Below are positions 1 to 10,189 of a stretch of DNA of 64,000 nucleotides, in pieces. Made by a program: the position numbers and the translations under genes. The notes below the pieces were generated by a model, which saw only the letters and a program-made list of their open reading frames with translations, had not been told where the DNA came from and did no database searches. The stretch lies in contig CAWBZI010000004.1 in the NCBI GenBank assembly GCA_963793265.1, forward strand, positions 192,001 to 256,000, given 5' to 3'. The first letter of the stretch is position 1. Each line of letters starts with the position of its first letter. The DNA comes from an uncultured cyanobacterium (GTDB taxonomy: Bacteria; Cyanobacteriota; Cyanobacteriia; Phormidesmidales; Phormidesmidaceae).

Positions 1-118
1 ACCGCAGATATTTTTGACGAGTATCTGCTGCAATAGGAGCTAGCCCGAGAGGGTCTAACTGATAATGACCTGGCTGATTGTGATCTAACTGGTTGCTAGA
101 TAGGCCAAGTGGCAGCAT
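1..118 (-). CDS. CheW/PilI-like taxis adaptor, N-terminal fragment (runs off window start)
   Basis: Manual translation from ATG at 118 gives MLPLGLSSNQLDHNQPGHYQLDPLGLAPIAADTRQKYLR. It follows patA-cheY in the usual order of cyanobacterial tax clusters. Confidence 0.6.
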   Translation of the reverse strand, partial: MLPLGLSSNQLDHNQPGHYQLDPLGLAPIAADTRQKYLR

Positions 119-306
119 TGCGAAGTCGGCGTCAAGCTTTGTATGTGTCTTTGTCTCAATAGCCTTTGTTTCAATAGTCTTTGTCTTAGTCACAGTCACG
201 TTCACTCTTTCTTCTGGCTTTTGTCTGTTCTGCTGCATCTGTTCTGCACTCCATCTACTTTTATAGGCGTTTTATAAACGACGACTCTCTATATGCAATG
301 GGTTTT

Positions 307-669
307 CTAAGTAATAATCTGTGCAACCGTTTGCTCAATTTGCTGCAGGTTAATGGGTTTAGTGATGTAGGCATCTGCACCTAGCATTGAGCCCCACAGC
401 CGGTCAGCCTCGGTACTCTTAGTTGAACAAATCACAATGGGAATATTCTGAGTGCTCTTATTTGTCTTTAAACTATGACAAAACTCAAAGCCACTTTGTC
501 CGGGCAAAACAACGTCTAAGAAAACCATGTCTGGATGCCTTTCTTGCAGCATTTGCTGAGCTTCTTCGCTACTTTGGGCGCTCGTGACAATGATGCCTGC
601 CTGCCTCAAATAGCCAGTTAAAATCTCTCTGTCAATCAGACTATCTTCTACAATTAAGGCAGTTGGCAT
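307..669 (-). CDS. CheY/PilH-like single-domain response regulator
   Basis: Receiver motifs LIVEDS, FLDVVLPG, ICSTK, YITKP. Likely ATG start at 669 (ORF extends to 741). Confidence 0.9.
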   Translation of the reverse strand: MPTALIVEDSLIDREILTGYLRQAGIIVTSAQSSEEAQQMLQERHPDMVFLDVVLPGQSGFEFCHSLKTNKSTQNIPIVICSTKSTEADRLWGSMLGADAYITKPINLQQIEQTVAQIIT

Positions 670-761
670 AGTTACTATCGGTGCTGTGAATGTAGTGTTA
701 CGAAGCGAAAGAATCTGCTTAGGTTTAATTGCGAACCCCAAACGATGAAGTTTTGGACTCG

Positions 762-1973
762 TTAGGTACCTCTTGACAGGTGTTTTTTGACGACTTTTTC
801 AACCTTCTCTGACCTGATTGGCTTGCCGATAAAACCAGAAGCACCCGCAATCTTTGCTCTGACGCGATCGGCAATACCATCATTACTCGTGACAATAACG
901 ACTGGCGTATTCTTTAAAGCAGAAACGCGGCGAATTTGAGCGCAAACCTCATAGCCGTTAGCTGTTGGCATGACCAAATCTAAGAAGATTAGCTTGGGTT
1001 TAGACTCGATTAGTGCAGGCAGCGCCTGTATAGGATTAGGAATATTGGTATACCGATAGCCTAAGTCTTTTACAATCTCAGACATTGCTCTGCTGTCTGT
1101 TAGGCTGTCGTCAATGTAGGCAATTCCAGGGGCTTGGCGATATACTTTGGTCGGCAAATTAATCTCACCTGAGCCTACATTTGCCGGTTTGGTCTTCGCA
1201 GCTCCAGTTTCTGATGAGAACGCTAGTAGCTGTCGGGAGACATAGGGTAATATTGACTTTGTAAAAGGGATGAGCGGCACTCGAAACTTAGCAGATAGAT
1301 CCCTGAGCGTATTTTCACCATTTACATGCCCAATCAGAGCTTGAAAGCTTTGGGCTGATACCTGCGTTCTCAAAGCTTCGAGCTGAATGATGGATAGCAC
1401 ATCGTTCGGAGAATATTCAGAGAGATTAGCCTGGTTCCAGTCCTGCCATTCCCGCTGCGCGTACTGCCAGGCTTGCCCATCTTGAAGCATGATTAAAGAT
1501 GGACTAAGACGTTCGCTAGACTGAACTTGGCAAGTAAGCGGACAAGTAGAACGCCCGGATGTTTGCCCATGCTGCGCCGCGCTAGCTTGCAACATATCGA
1601 AGAGATCTTCAGCAATGCAGCTCTTAACAATCTGATAGAACCGATCGCGGCGAAACTGTCCTAGCCTAACTAGGCGAGACAATGCGTCGTAGTTCCATGA
1701 TGCGTAAGGCCGCTCTCCTTTTTGAGCGACTTGACTAAAAAAAATAGGATTATACGCTGCTAGATGCCTTTGCCATCGCCGTCGAGACTGTGCTTTAGAC
1801 TGTGCTTGCGACTGTATCCATGCGATTTGGCCCAGTAAGTATAGAACGTACCACTCATTATCCGAGGCTTCACTACCCTGGCAACTGACCCTTACAGAGC
1901 CCGTAAACCTTTGTTGGTAGCAAGCTTGTATGTTGTCTGCTAAATCAAAAAATGTGGTGCTACTATCAAGCAT
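762..1973 (-). CDS. PatA-family response regulator (PATAN-like N-terminus plus C-terminal receiver)
   Basis: C-terminal receiver (YIDDS, FLDLVMP, VTSNDG, GKP) after a long N-terminal domain; first gene of the patA-cheY-cheW order. Start uncertain (ATG 1973 or TTG 2030). Confidence 0.85.
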   Translation of the reverse strand: MLDSSTTFFDLADNIQACYQQRFTGSVRVSCQGSEASDNEWYVLYLLGQIAWIQSQAQSKAQSRRRWQRHLAAYNPIFFSQVAQKGERPYASWNYDALSRLVRLGQFRRDRFYQIVKSCIAEDLFDMLQASAAQHGQTSGRSTCPLTCQVQSSERLSPSLIMLQDGQAWQYAQREWQDWNQANLSEYSPNDVLSIIQLEALRTQVSAQSFQALIGHVNGENTLRDLSAKFRVPLIPFTKSILPYVSRQLLAFSSETGAAKTKPANVGSGEINLPTKVYRQAPGIAYIDDSLTDSRAMSEIVKDLGYRYTNIPNPIQALPALIESKPKLIFLDLVMPTANGYEVCAQIRRVSALKNTPVVIVTSNDGIADRVRAKIAGASGFIGKPIRSEKVEKVVKKHLSRGT

Positions 1974-2180
1974 AGACAAACGTTTGTTGGTTCGTAAGAG
2001 CAACCGTGCGGCCTCTTTATTAAGAAACAATTTCTAAGGAACAGTTCTCAATAGAAATAGTTGCAGATGCGCAACACTTCTATGGAGAGTTGTGGAGAGT
2101 CGGTTAAAGATATTGATAGTTAATGGGAAAATACTAATCGGAAGGGGATAGTCGAAAGGTTTTGCAGCGCTGCTGACTAT

Positions 2181-2257
2181 TGAGATTCAACACCTGTGAG
2201 ATTCAACACCTGTGAGATTCAACACCTGTGAGATTCAACACCTGTGAGATTCAACAC
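2181..2257. repeat. 16-bp tandem repeat TGAGATTCAACACCTG, four full copies plus one partial
   Basis: Units start at 2181, 2197, 2213, 2229 and 2245, with no spacers between them. Confidence 0.97.
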
Positions 2258-2406
2258 GTGAGACTTAGCACGGAGATTCTACGATAGAAATCCGTGCTCC
2301 AAAAATCATTACAACAGAATTCTGTTGCGATAGATGTCAAGAGAGCAGTCTCTAATTACTATGCTCTAAACTCCTATGCTTCAAACTTATTGCAATGGTT
2401 AGTAGA

Positions 2407-2422
2407 TGTATCACCCTATACA
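2407..2422. promoter_or_regulatory. Candidate NtcA box (TGTA-N8-TACA)
   Basis: TGTA-TCACCCTA-TACA in the intergenic region upstream of the patA-like gene. Confidence 0.4.
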
Positions 2423-2713
2423 CCGAAAACAGCAACGCACATTTAAGTAAAATTTTGTGTGATTTAAATCAATTTATAACCTTACTCAGATCACTGCTAC
2501 TGCAAATGTAATGCCTTTCTGCGCTCCCTACTGATAGAAATTGTTCCTTTTATCATAACTTTACATACGGGCGGGATTGTAACCTGCTTCTACGGCACGA
2601 TGCTAAGTAAAAGTACTTATTGCTTCAATCTTGATGTATCTGACAAGGGCTGGGCAATTTCTGGCAGCTTAGGCTTGAAGCTTTCTGTTAAATAAGCCTG
2701 TTAAATAGGCCTG

Positions 2714-3016
2714 CTAAATAAGCGCAGAGTCAGCCGGAGCGATGTGCAGCCCTGCTGTTGCTTGCAAAGCGATCACTCTTTCTTTTAAAGACTGTTCATC
2801 AGTTTGTACGGTTTCTAAGGCTGGGTCAAAAACAATCGTGTACTGAGCTACTGGCATCAACTGACACAATGCTCGAAGATGTTCGTCGGCGTCGTTACGG
2901 CGGCGAAACCTTGCTATTTCCTGGTTTTTCATGCCGGGCAGGTGTTGAACAAGGCACCAAGGCTGGAGCTGCTGTCGGTAAGCCTTGGTCACATTGTTCT
3001 GTTGCTGGGGAGCCAT
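2714..3016 (-). CDS. Conserved cyanobacterial hypothetical protein (PWCLV..LP / ARFRRRNDAD type)
   Basis: 100-aa ORF with AAGGA RBS; the motif resembles a family I recall from cyanobacterial genomes. Confidence 0.75.
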   Translation of the reverse strand: MAPQQQNNVTKAYRQQLQPWCLVQHLPGMKNQEIARFRRRNDADEHLRALCQLMPVAQYTIVFDPALETVQTDEQSLKERVIALQATAGLHIAPADSALI

Positions 3017-3133
3017 TGTGATTTCCTTATAAATAGGGGCGAGATCTGCCTTCGACAGATTGCCGCCACCTTATCGAGAGAATACTCACAAAATCAGAGC
3101 AGGGTGATATTGACTTTTTGGAACGCATGTGGG

Positions 3134-3436
3134 TCAGTCTTCAGGTTCTTTAGGGCAAAGTACGTTCTTTAGAGTTTCAGGAATTTGATCAAAGTTATCA
3201 AGCAAAAAATCCATAATCGCTAGATGACGGAGATCAGAAGGACTAGGAGAACGATAGCTATGGTCTTTGCTAAACCAGCGACGAACGGTGGAGACAGAGC
3301 GATCGCAAATAGCCGCCATGGCCTCTTGGCTAACCTGCCATTTTGCATAAAAAGCTTGAGGTGTCATGCCGAGCTGACAATAGCTATACCGATCAATTAA
3401 CTGTTGCTCGTGAGCCGTTAGAGGACGAGGATTCAT
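3134..3436 (-). CDS. Small helix-turn-helix DNA-binding protein
   Basis: VSQEAMAAICDRSVSTVRRWF is an XRE-like HTH. ATG at 3436 has a GAGGG RBS just after the upstream stop. Confidence 0.8.
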   Translation of the reverse strand: MNPRPLTAHEQQLIDRYSYCQLGMTPQAFYAKWQVSQEAMAAICDRSVSTVRRWFSKDHSYRSPSPSDLRHLAIMDFLLDNFDQIPETLKNVLCPKEPED

Positions 3437-3440
3437 CAAC

Positions 3441-3776
3441 TTATGTTCCCTCAAATGTTTGAAGATCGCTTTCCCAGGCAGTATCGGCTCTCACCCAGGC
3501 GGCACTAGGTGAATTAGTATCTAGCCAGATTAAGTAGCACCATCGCCAGCGGCGACAGTGAGGCGCAAAGCTGTAAAACTTGCCAATGACAGTGCCGTGG
3601 TCAGTGTTTGTGTCGTTTGTTTTCCAGCAGAGGCGATCGCCATACGAAAAGCGGGGTGTTTCAATATCTGGAAAGTCAACGGGCAAGTCTTCGGTGGGGG
3701 GTGGAAGGTGAAGTTTGGCAATAATCGCGATGAGAGCGCTGGTAGTCTTGCTGGGAGGAGATTGTTGCAGAGGCAT
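3441..3776 (-). CDS. Hypothetical protein (small beta-barrel-like pattern)
   Basis: 111-aa ORF with PRFSYGDRL..GTVIG..WCYLIWLD pattern; ends 4 bp before the HTH gene start. Confidence 0.7.
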   Translation of the reverse strand: MPLQQSPPSKTTSALIAIIAKLHLPPPTEDLPVDFPDIETPRFSYGDRLCWKTNDTNTDHGTVIGKFYSFAPHCRRWRWCYLIWLDTNSPSAAWVRADTAWESDLQTFEGT

Positions 3777-4054
3777 TATATTAAGTACTCGGTCGCTTCG
3801 CTGCGATAGTTTTGAGCTGAACTGCTTTTGAGTTAAATGTCTTGGTCAACTCAACCCTATCTACGTCTTATTAGCATGAGTTCTGGACAAGAACAGTGCT
3901 AAACGTCTATAAAAAGAGAGATTTAGATATGCTGACAATAAAAAGTGAATTAGCCTTGCTCTGCAAACAAGCGACCTCAGCCGCTTTCTAAACAGCTATT
4001 GAGCTGGTGCGGTAGCCAGCACTAGGAGCTGCAGACGTATCTTAAGAACAGCGA

Positions 4055-5413
4055 TTAGCGAGCAGTGCGCATTGGTGAAACGATCGCCTTCACCAACAGC
4101 TTAGGACTGAGCAGCTTCGCAGGAGAATCAACCATATGATTAACTTTTGCCAGGCTTACACTCAGCTCGCTATCAGTATGAGAGCGCTCCAATAGCCGCT
4201 GCATGTAGCCGCTCAGCAATCGTCCTATCAAGCTGGCTTTGGGGCGTTCGGCCTCAGGGTCAAAGCCTGAATCAGACTTGGTTGCGATGTTCCAGGCAGG
4301 CAGCGTCTTTTTGGCCAGCGCCTTTTGAAAGGCTAATGAGTTTAGAGGCTTTGATTTGCGATCGCTGCTATCTAGCCAGTCGCGCAGCACAAGAGCCGAT
4401 AGTCCGCTGACAGTTAAACCCTGGCCGTAAGCAGGACACAGCGCACAAACGGCATCGCCAATGGCAATAAAACCATCGGGCATTTGAGAGAGCTGTTCGT
4501 AGTGACGCAGTTTGTTGGCAGTTGAGCGATAGGCTTTGATCTTCGATACTGGCGTTGCCTGGGCGATCGCCTCCCCAAACTCAGCAGCAGGTAGCGCTTT
4601 AGCAAAATCAAGAAACTCTGCCTGATCCAAGCTGGGATAGTGCTTGCAATAGCCGCCCAACGTTGCAATCCACTCGTCACCTTCTATCTGAGCAAGATAT
4701 CCTAAGCGATAATTATCGGGCGGCTTATGGGATACCAACAATACTTTCCAGCGGTCTTTCCAGCCATCGGGAATGCGATATCGTCCGGTGGCATAGCCTA
4801 GCCCTGCATCTACGGTGCTTACGGTTGGTGTGGCGCAGCCGCGATCACTTAGCCACACAGCGGCATTGCTAGAACGCCCGCTCGCATCAATGACTAAATC
4901 AGCGAAAAGCGATCGCGCCTCTTCTGTTCTATTTTGCCGGTACTGAACGCCCGTTATCTTGCTTTCATCGCCTGTTAGAGCTTCTACTCTACAGGGAGAA
5001 AGCCGCTTTATATTCTCAACTTGTTCTACCTGCTGGCGAACTGCATTTTCTAACAAAGGCCGGGTACAAGAAAAAGAGCGTAGTTCTGTTGCTTGCTCTG
5101 AAGTAGCGTTCCAGCCGCCAAAAGCAAAAAAGTGAAAGTCTTGCCCCCAGTCAACCGGGACTGCGCCTGCTGCTAATAGTTCTTTATCGATACTCGGGAA
5201 AAAGTTCTTGAGAACCCGGTAGCCGCCCGTGAGCAAAATGTGCGGCTGAGGAGACTGGGGGACGCCTCTTCGCTCAGCGGCTTTTGTCTCTATGTCATCT
5301 CTTTCAAGAATGATAACTTCTTCAAAAAAAGCGGATAATACCTTTGCGCTGAGCAATCCAGCAATGCTGCCACCAATAACGATGGCGCGTTTTGAGCAGG
5401 GTTGAATAGGCAT
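4055..5413 (-). CDS. FAD-dependent monooxygenase/oxidoreductase
   Basis: VIGGSIAG Rossmann motif, VIDASGR, IGDAVCALCPAYGQG. Confidence 0.9.
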   Translation of the reverse strand: MPIQPCSKRAIVIGGSIAGLLSAKVLSAFFEEVIILERDDIETKAAERRGVPQSPQPHILLTGGYRVLKNFFPSIDKELLAAGAVPVDWGQDFHFFAFGGWNATSEQATELRSFSCTRPLLENAVRQQVEQVENIKRLSPCRVEALTGDESKITGVQYRQNRTEEARSLFADLVIDASGRSSNAAVWLSDRGCATPTVSTVDAGLGYATGRYRIPDGWKDRWKVLLVSHKPPDNYRLGYLAQIEGDEWIATLGGYCKHYPSLDQAEFLDFAKALPAAEFGEAIAQATPVSKIKAYRSTANKLRHYEQLSQMPDGFIAIGDAVCALCPAYGQGLTVSGLSALVLRDWLDSSDRKSKPLNSLAFQKALAKKTLPAWNIATKSDSGFDPEAERPKASLIGRLLSGYMQRLLERSHTDSELSVSLAKVNHMVDSPAKLLSPKLLVKAIVSPMRTAR

Positions 5414-5655
5414 TTTCGGGCGATCTTTCGTGGTGGGGCGTTTGATTATGGTAGGCGATCGCTTATTTGCTCGCTATTTTGCCTTTGCTATTTTGGCGTG
5501 TTGCGATCGCCTGAGAGCCTGATGAGTTTATGAGATCAGCCATTCAAAAAAGTTTATATATCATGTACTTTCTATAGTTCGTCTAAAGGTTGATTTCTGA
5601 ACTCAAAATGCCTTTCTAAGATAAAGATTACATAGACGCACAAGAGAAATCAGAT

Positions 5656-6750
5656 ATGGTAAGCACTCATCAAGCCGCCGCAGATACTTCCCCAGATGTT
5701 GAGCTAGAAGGCTCTTTAAATCGAGATAGCATGACGCTCTCGCAGCACGTGCTTCAGCAGCTCGATAGCTATGGCCCCGAAGCGCAAGATCTAAGCGCCA
5801 TCATGAATCGAATCGCGTTCGCTGGAAAGCTCGTCTCCCGCAGGCTCACCCGAGCGGGCTTAGTCGAAGACGCTATGGGCTTTACCGGCAGGCAGAACAT
5901 ACAGGGCGAGTCTGTGAAAAAGATGGACTTGTATGCCAACGATGTTTTTATCTCTGTATTTAAGCAAAGCGGTTTGGTTTGTCGGCTGGTGTCTGAAGAA
6001 ATGGAAGACATCTACTATATGCCTGATAGCTGCTCAACAAGCCGCTATACCCTGCTATACGATCCTATTGATGGATCTTCTAACGTAGACATTAACCTCA
6101 ACGTTGGCTCGATTTTTGCTTTGCGCAGGCAAACAGGCGATGATGCCGACCAAACGGGATCGGATCTGCTGACGCCTGGTCGCGATCAGCTCGCCGCAGG
6201 TTACATCCTCTATGGCCCTAGTACCGTATTTGTTTATTCGCTTGGCAAAGGCGTCCACTCATTCACGCTCGACCCCAGCTTAGGAGAGTTCATCCTTTCT
6301 AGCGAAAACATTCAAATTCCAGAGCACGGCTCTAACTACAGTGCTAACGAAGGCAACTTTTGGCAGTGGGAAGATCCCTATCGTGATTACATTCGCTATA
6401 TGCACCGGCACGAAGGCTATTCAGGGCGCTATAGCGGCGCACTTGTGGGCGACTTCCACCGTATTTTGATGCAGGGCGGTGTGTTTTTGTATCCCGGTAC
6501 GGTTAAAAAGCCAGAAGGCAAGCTGAGATTGCTCTATGAGTCTGCGCCTTTGGCATTTTTAGCTGAGCAGGCCAACGGTAAGGCCACCATTGGCGATCAG
6601 GACGTGATGGACGTGCAGCCCACCCAAATCCACATGAGAACGCCGTTGATTATCGGTAGCTCTGAAGATGTCGATCTGGTGAAATCTTTCCTTCAAGATC
6701 GCAGGCTAGAGAATCCGCCTGCGCCAGTCGGTGCACCTGCTGGCGCATAA
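5656..6750 (+). CDS. fbp: Fructose-1,6-bisphosphatase class 1
   Basis: [22 protein letters not shown] and GKLRLLYE motifs. Confidence 0.97.
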   Translation: MVSTHQAAADTSPDVELEGSLNRDSMTLSQHVLQQLDSYGPEAQDLSAIMNRIAFAGKLVSRRLTRAGLVEDAMGFTGRQNIQGESVKKMDLYANDVFISVFKQSGLVCRLVSEEMEDIYYMPDSCSTSRYTLLYDPIDGSSNVDINLNVGSIFALRRQTGDDADQTGSDLLTPGRDQLAAGYILYGPSTVFVYSLGKGVHSFTLDPSLGEFILSSENIQIPEHGSNYSANEGNFWQWEDPYRDYIRYMHRHEGYSGRYSGALVGDFHRILMQGGVFLYPGTVKKPEGKLRLLYESAPLAFLAEQANGKATIGDQDVMDVQPTQIHMRTPLIIGSSEDVDLVKSFLQDRRLENPPAPVGAPAGA

Positions 6751-6995
6751 TGCGATCTAATAGATTTTCATAAGCAGGCGATTATGCAGAAAATTAGGTA
6801 CTACAGATAACAGACAGAAGCTGTGAGATATAGATAGCCTCTGAATCTATCTGCGACTCTCTGCATAAGGCACCTCCACTGCCTACTCAGAATCGAAAGA
6901 ACGTATTAGACTTTGCTCAGCACGTCACCCCATCTAAACGTCACCCCATCTAAAACAGTTATCTAAAAACGTCAAACTATCCCGCCGCTTTGTAT

Positions 6996-8528
6996 ATGGT
7001 TTCCCTTCTCGAAAATCCGCTCCGCGTTGGCCTCCAGCACGACCGAATTCCCGCCCCTCAAATTTTGGTTATTTTTGGTGCCTCTGGCGATTTGACCCAG
7101 CGGAAGCTTGTGCCCGCGCTCTACCAAATGCGGCTAGAGCGTCGGCTACCGCCTGAGCTAACGATTGTAGGGGTGGCTCGCCGCGAGTGGAGCCATGACT
7201 ATTTTCGGCAGCATATGAAAGAAGGGGTCGAAGAGTTTGGCGGCGGTTTGGGCGCTGATACGTCTACATGGGACAAGTTCGCAGAAGGGCTGTTTTACTG
7301 CCCTGGCAATATTGACATTCCAGAAGATTACCAGAAACTCAAGCAGTTTTTAGCCGAGCTAGACGAAAAAAGAGGCACTCAGGGCAATCGGGTGTTCTAT
7401 CTCTCGGTAGCGCCTCGGTTCTTTGCTGAAGCCGCTCAACAGCTAGGCGGTGCCGGAATGCTGGCCGACCCTAGCAAACAGCGCCTAGTCATTGAGAAGC
7501 CCTTTGGCCGAGACTTGGCGTCTGCTCAAGCTTTGAACTACAAGGTGCGCAACGTTTGCGCTGAGGAGCAAATCTACCGAATAGACCACTATTTAGGCAA
7601 AGAAACGGTTCAGAACCTGCTGGTATTCCGATTTGCGAACGCTATTTTTGAGCCCTTATGGAACCGTCAGTTTGTAGACCATGTGCAAATTACGGTGGCT
7701 GAAACGGTGGGGCTAGAGGGCCGGGCGGGCTATTACGAAACGGCAGGCGCTATTCGGGATATGGTGCAAAACCACCTGATGCAGCTATTTAGCCTGACGG
7801 CGATGGAGACACCGAACTCACTGGATGCGGCCAGCATTCGGAATGAAAAAGTGAAGGTGTTGCAGGCCACGCGGCTGGCTGACGATACGGACTTATTAAA
7901 GTCTGCGGTGCGCGGGCAGTATTCTTCGGGCTGGATGAAGGGTAAAGAAGTCTCGGGCTATCGCGATGAGGAAGAAGGCATTGAGGAATCGACGAACAAC
8001 ACGTTTGCGGCCCTATCGCTTAGAGTAGATAATTGGCGCTGGCAGGGCGTACCGTTCTACCTGCGCACGGGCAAGCGCCTGCCTAAAAAAGTCTCTGAGA
8101 TTTCGATTCACTTTAAGTCTGTGCCTCACCTGATGTTCCAGTCGGCAACAAAGCAGCTCAATAACAATATCCTGGCTTTGCGCATTCAGCCCAATGAGGG
8201 TATCGCTATGCGCTTTGAGGTAAAAACACCTGGCTCTTCGCTGCGAACGCGTTCGGTAGAGATGGACTTTCGCTATGATGCGGCCTTTGGTCAGCCGAGT
8301 ACAGATGCCTATAGCCGCCTGCTGATTGATGCCATGCTGGGCGATCAGACATTATTTACCAGAGGCGATGAAGTAGAGCAGTCCTGGCGGGTGCTGACGC
8401 CTTTGCTTGAAGTGTGGGATGCGCCTGCCCCGCCAGATAGCATTCCGCTTTATGAAGCCGGAACCTGGGGGCCGATTGAGGCCGAGCTACTGCTAAACCG
8501 GACGAATCGCCGCTGGCGAAGACTGTAA
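6996..8528 (+). CDS. zwf: Glucose-6-phosphate 1-dehydrogenase
   Basis: GASGDL, EKPFG and RIDHYLGKE motifs. Confidence 0.99.
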   Translation: MVSLLENPLRVGLQHDRIPAPQILVIFGASGDLTQRKLVPALYQMRLERRLPPELTIVGVARREWSHDYFRQHMKEGVEEFGGGLGADTSTWDKFAEGLFYCPGNIDIPEDYQKLKQFLAELDEKRGTQGNRVFYLSVAPRFFAEAAQQLGGAGMLADPSKQRLVIEKPFGRDLASAQALNYKVRNVCAEEQIYRIDHYLGKETVQNLLVFRFANAIFEPLWNRQFVDHVQITVAETVGLEGRAGYYETAGAIRDMVQNHLMQLFSLTAMETPNSLDAASIRNEKVKVLQATRLADDTDLLKSAVRGQYSSGWMKGKEVSGYRDEEEGIEESTNNTFAALSLRVDNWRWQGVPFYLRTGKRLPKKVSEISIHFKSVPHLMFQSATKQLNNNILALRIQPNEGIAMRFEVKTPGSSLRTRSVEMDFRYDAAFGQPSTDAYSRLLIDAMLGDQTLFTRGDEVEQSWRVLTPLLEVWDAPAPPDSIPLYEAGTWGPIEAELLLNRTNRRWRRL

Positions 8529-8579
8529 AAAGATACTCTGCTGCTGTACAACTCTGCTGCTGTAAAACCCCTTGCAAAC

Positions 8580-9950
8580 ATGACCACTACTAAGTACAAG
8601 CCACCTGCTGCTACGTCTACGCTGACGCTTCAAAAGCCGAAAAATATTTCGCCTGGTGAGATTGAATCTGAGCTAGAGAATATTTGGCAAACGGATGAGG
8701 GCGATCGCAATGCCCCAAGCGTTAAGCGGGCAGACACGTTCACAATGATTATCTACGAACCAGAAGAGATTCAGCAGCTACTCGGCACGCTGAGCTTTTA
8801 TAAAAATGATATCGACGGGCTACATCGCTCAGAAACCAGAGAAGCGATTTTGATGGCCCAAAAGGCTTACAACCTGAGGCTCAGCGGGCGTGTAGATTCG
8901 ATTACGTTGGCGAAGCTGCGCGAAGAGGTGCGCAGCCTACCGCCGGAGCAGCGCCAGCTCAAAAACCCTGACATTCGTGGATTCAACTTTGATGGCCCCC
9001 TAGCTGCTCAGAACCCAGCGCGGGTAATTACGCTATGCCCTACTTTTGGCGAAGATACTGGCGTAACAGCGCAGGTGTCGGCTTATTGCCCCGTACAGAA
9101 AGCGGGTAGCGGCAAAATGGTTTGCTGTGAGTACATTACGCTGCGGGGCACTAAAGAAGCCTTAGAAGGCGTGGGCGATTTGGTGAATTCGCTAGTGGTA
9201 GAGGGTTTGCCGAAGTTTACCTGGTGGAAAGGGACGCCTAATCCAGAGCAGGCGCTGTTTCAATCGCTAGCGCTGAAGAGTAGCTGTTTGATTTTAGACT
9301 CTAGCTACTACGGCGATGCGGGTTCTGAAATCATGAAGATTCAGAAGCTGGTCGATGAGCATACGAATATTGCTGACTTGAACTGGTACCGGCTTGCACC
9401 CTGGCAAGAGCTAGCGGCAGCGGCATTCGATCCACCGGAGCGACGGATGGCGCTGAAGGATGTCGATAGAGTCGGGATTGATTATGAGAAGGGCAATCCG
9501 GCTCAGGCGCTGATGATGCTGGGCTGGCTGGCGAGCCGAATGGACTGGACGCTGAAGTCGTATGAGTACGAGGGTGGCGATTATGATGTGGAGCGGGTTT
9601 ATTTTGCTGGGGAGGGCGATCGCGTCATTGAAGCTGAGCTAGCCGGTATTCCGGTGATCGACCAGGGTGAGGTGACGGGCGACTTGACCGGCGTGCGCCT
9701 GCAGTCTACCAATCCTCAGGCTAACTGCAACACGATTTTGTGCTCTGAAACGGTGGGCTGTATGCGAATGGAGTCTGGTGGCAGCGCGCAGAGTAGCCTG
9801 GTAAAGGAAGTCACGTCGCTGTCGGATCAGCGTTCGGATTTGCTGCTGGGCCAGCAGCTGCAGCGCTGGGGCGAGGATGTGCTGTTTGAAGAGAGCCTGG
9901 CGGTGACGGCTGAGATTTTGGATTTGATGGCGAAACATCGTCAGTCGTAA
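8580..9950 (+). CDS. opcA: Glucose-6-phosphate dehydrogenase assembly/activator protein OpcA
   Basis: Directly follows zwf; SAYCP, CCEYITL and ADLNW..RLAPWQE motifs. Confidence 0.95.
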   Translation: MTTTKYKPPAATSTLTLQKPKNISPGEIESELENIWQTDEGDRNAPSVKRADTFTMIIYEPEEIQQLLGTLSFYKNDIDGLHRSETREAILMAQKAYNLRLSGRVDSITLAKLREEVRSLPPEQRQLKNPDIRGFNFDGPLAAQNPARVITLCPTFGEDTGVTAQVSAYCPVQKAGSGKMVCCEYITLRGTKEALEGVGDLVNSLVVEGLPKFTWWKGTPNPEQALFQSLALKSSCLILDSSYYGDAGSEIMKIQKLVDEHTNIADLNWYRLAPWQELAAAAFDPPERRMALKDVDRVGIDYEKGNPAQALMMLGWLASRMDWTLKSYEYEGGDYDVERVYFAGEGDRVIEAELAGIPVIDQGEVTGDLTGVRLQSTNPQANCNTILCSETVGCMRMESGGSAQSSLVKEVTSLSDQRSDLLLGQQLQRWGEDVLFEESLAVTAEILDLMAKHRQS

Positions 9951-9962
9951 AGATAATAAGAC

Positions 9963-10011
9963 AAAAAAAATGCCTACATTGTCGCTATCGAGCGATGATG
10001 TAAGGCAATTT
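9963..10011. terminator. Intrinsic terminator-like hairpin between opcA and the convergent arsR-like gene
   Basis: A-tract, then TGCCTACATTGTCGCT / AGCGATGATGTAAGGCA stem, then ATTT. Confidence 0.65.
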
Positions 10012-10189
10012 CTGCTTGGGAAAATCCATCTTTATAAAGCCTGGATCTATCCTTTTTAGGAGCGGAAGCGATTCTGGACGGTTGGAGCTTGTTCGGCCAG
10101 GTTTTTGCTGGGGCTTTTGAGAACTTTTTATATCTTTTCTATGATTTCTTTTTTTTAGAGGGGCCTTCTAGAGGGGGCTCTGGGGCCTT

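Noticed and set aside
2181..2266. Possible CRISPR array
   Set aside because: The 16-bp units are directly adjacent with no unique spacers, and there are no cas genes in the window.
1..3298. HIP1-free stretch as evidence of horizontal transfer
   Set aside because: Gaps of 2-3 kb also occur over core genes such as fbp-zwf, so the absence is not diagnostic. The same applies to the short TA module.
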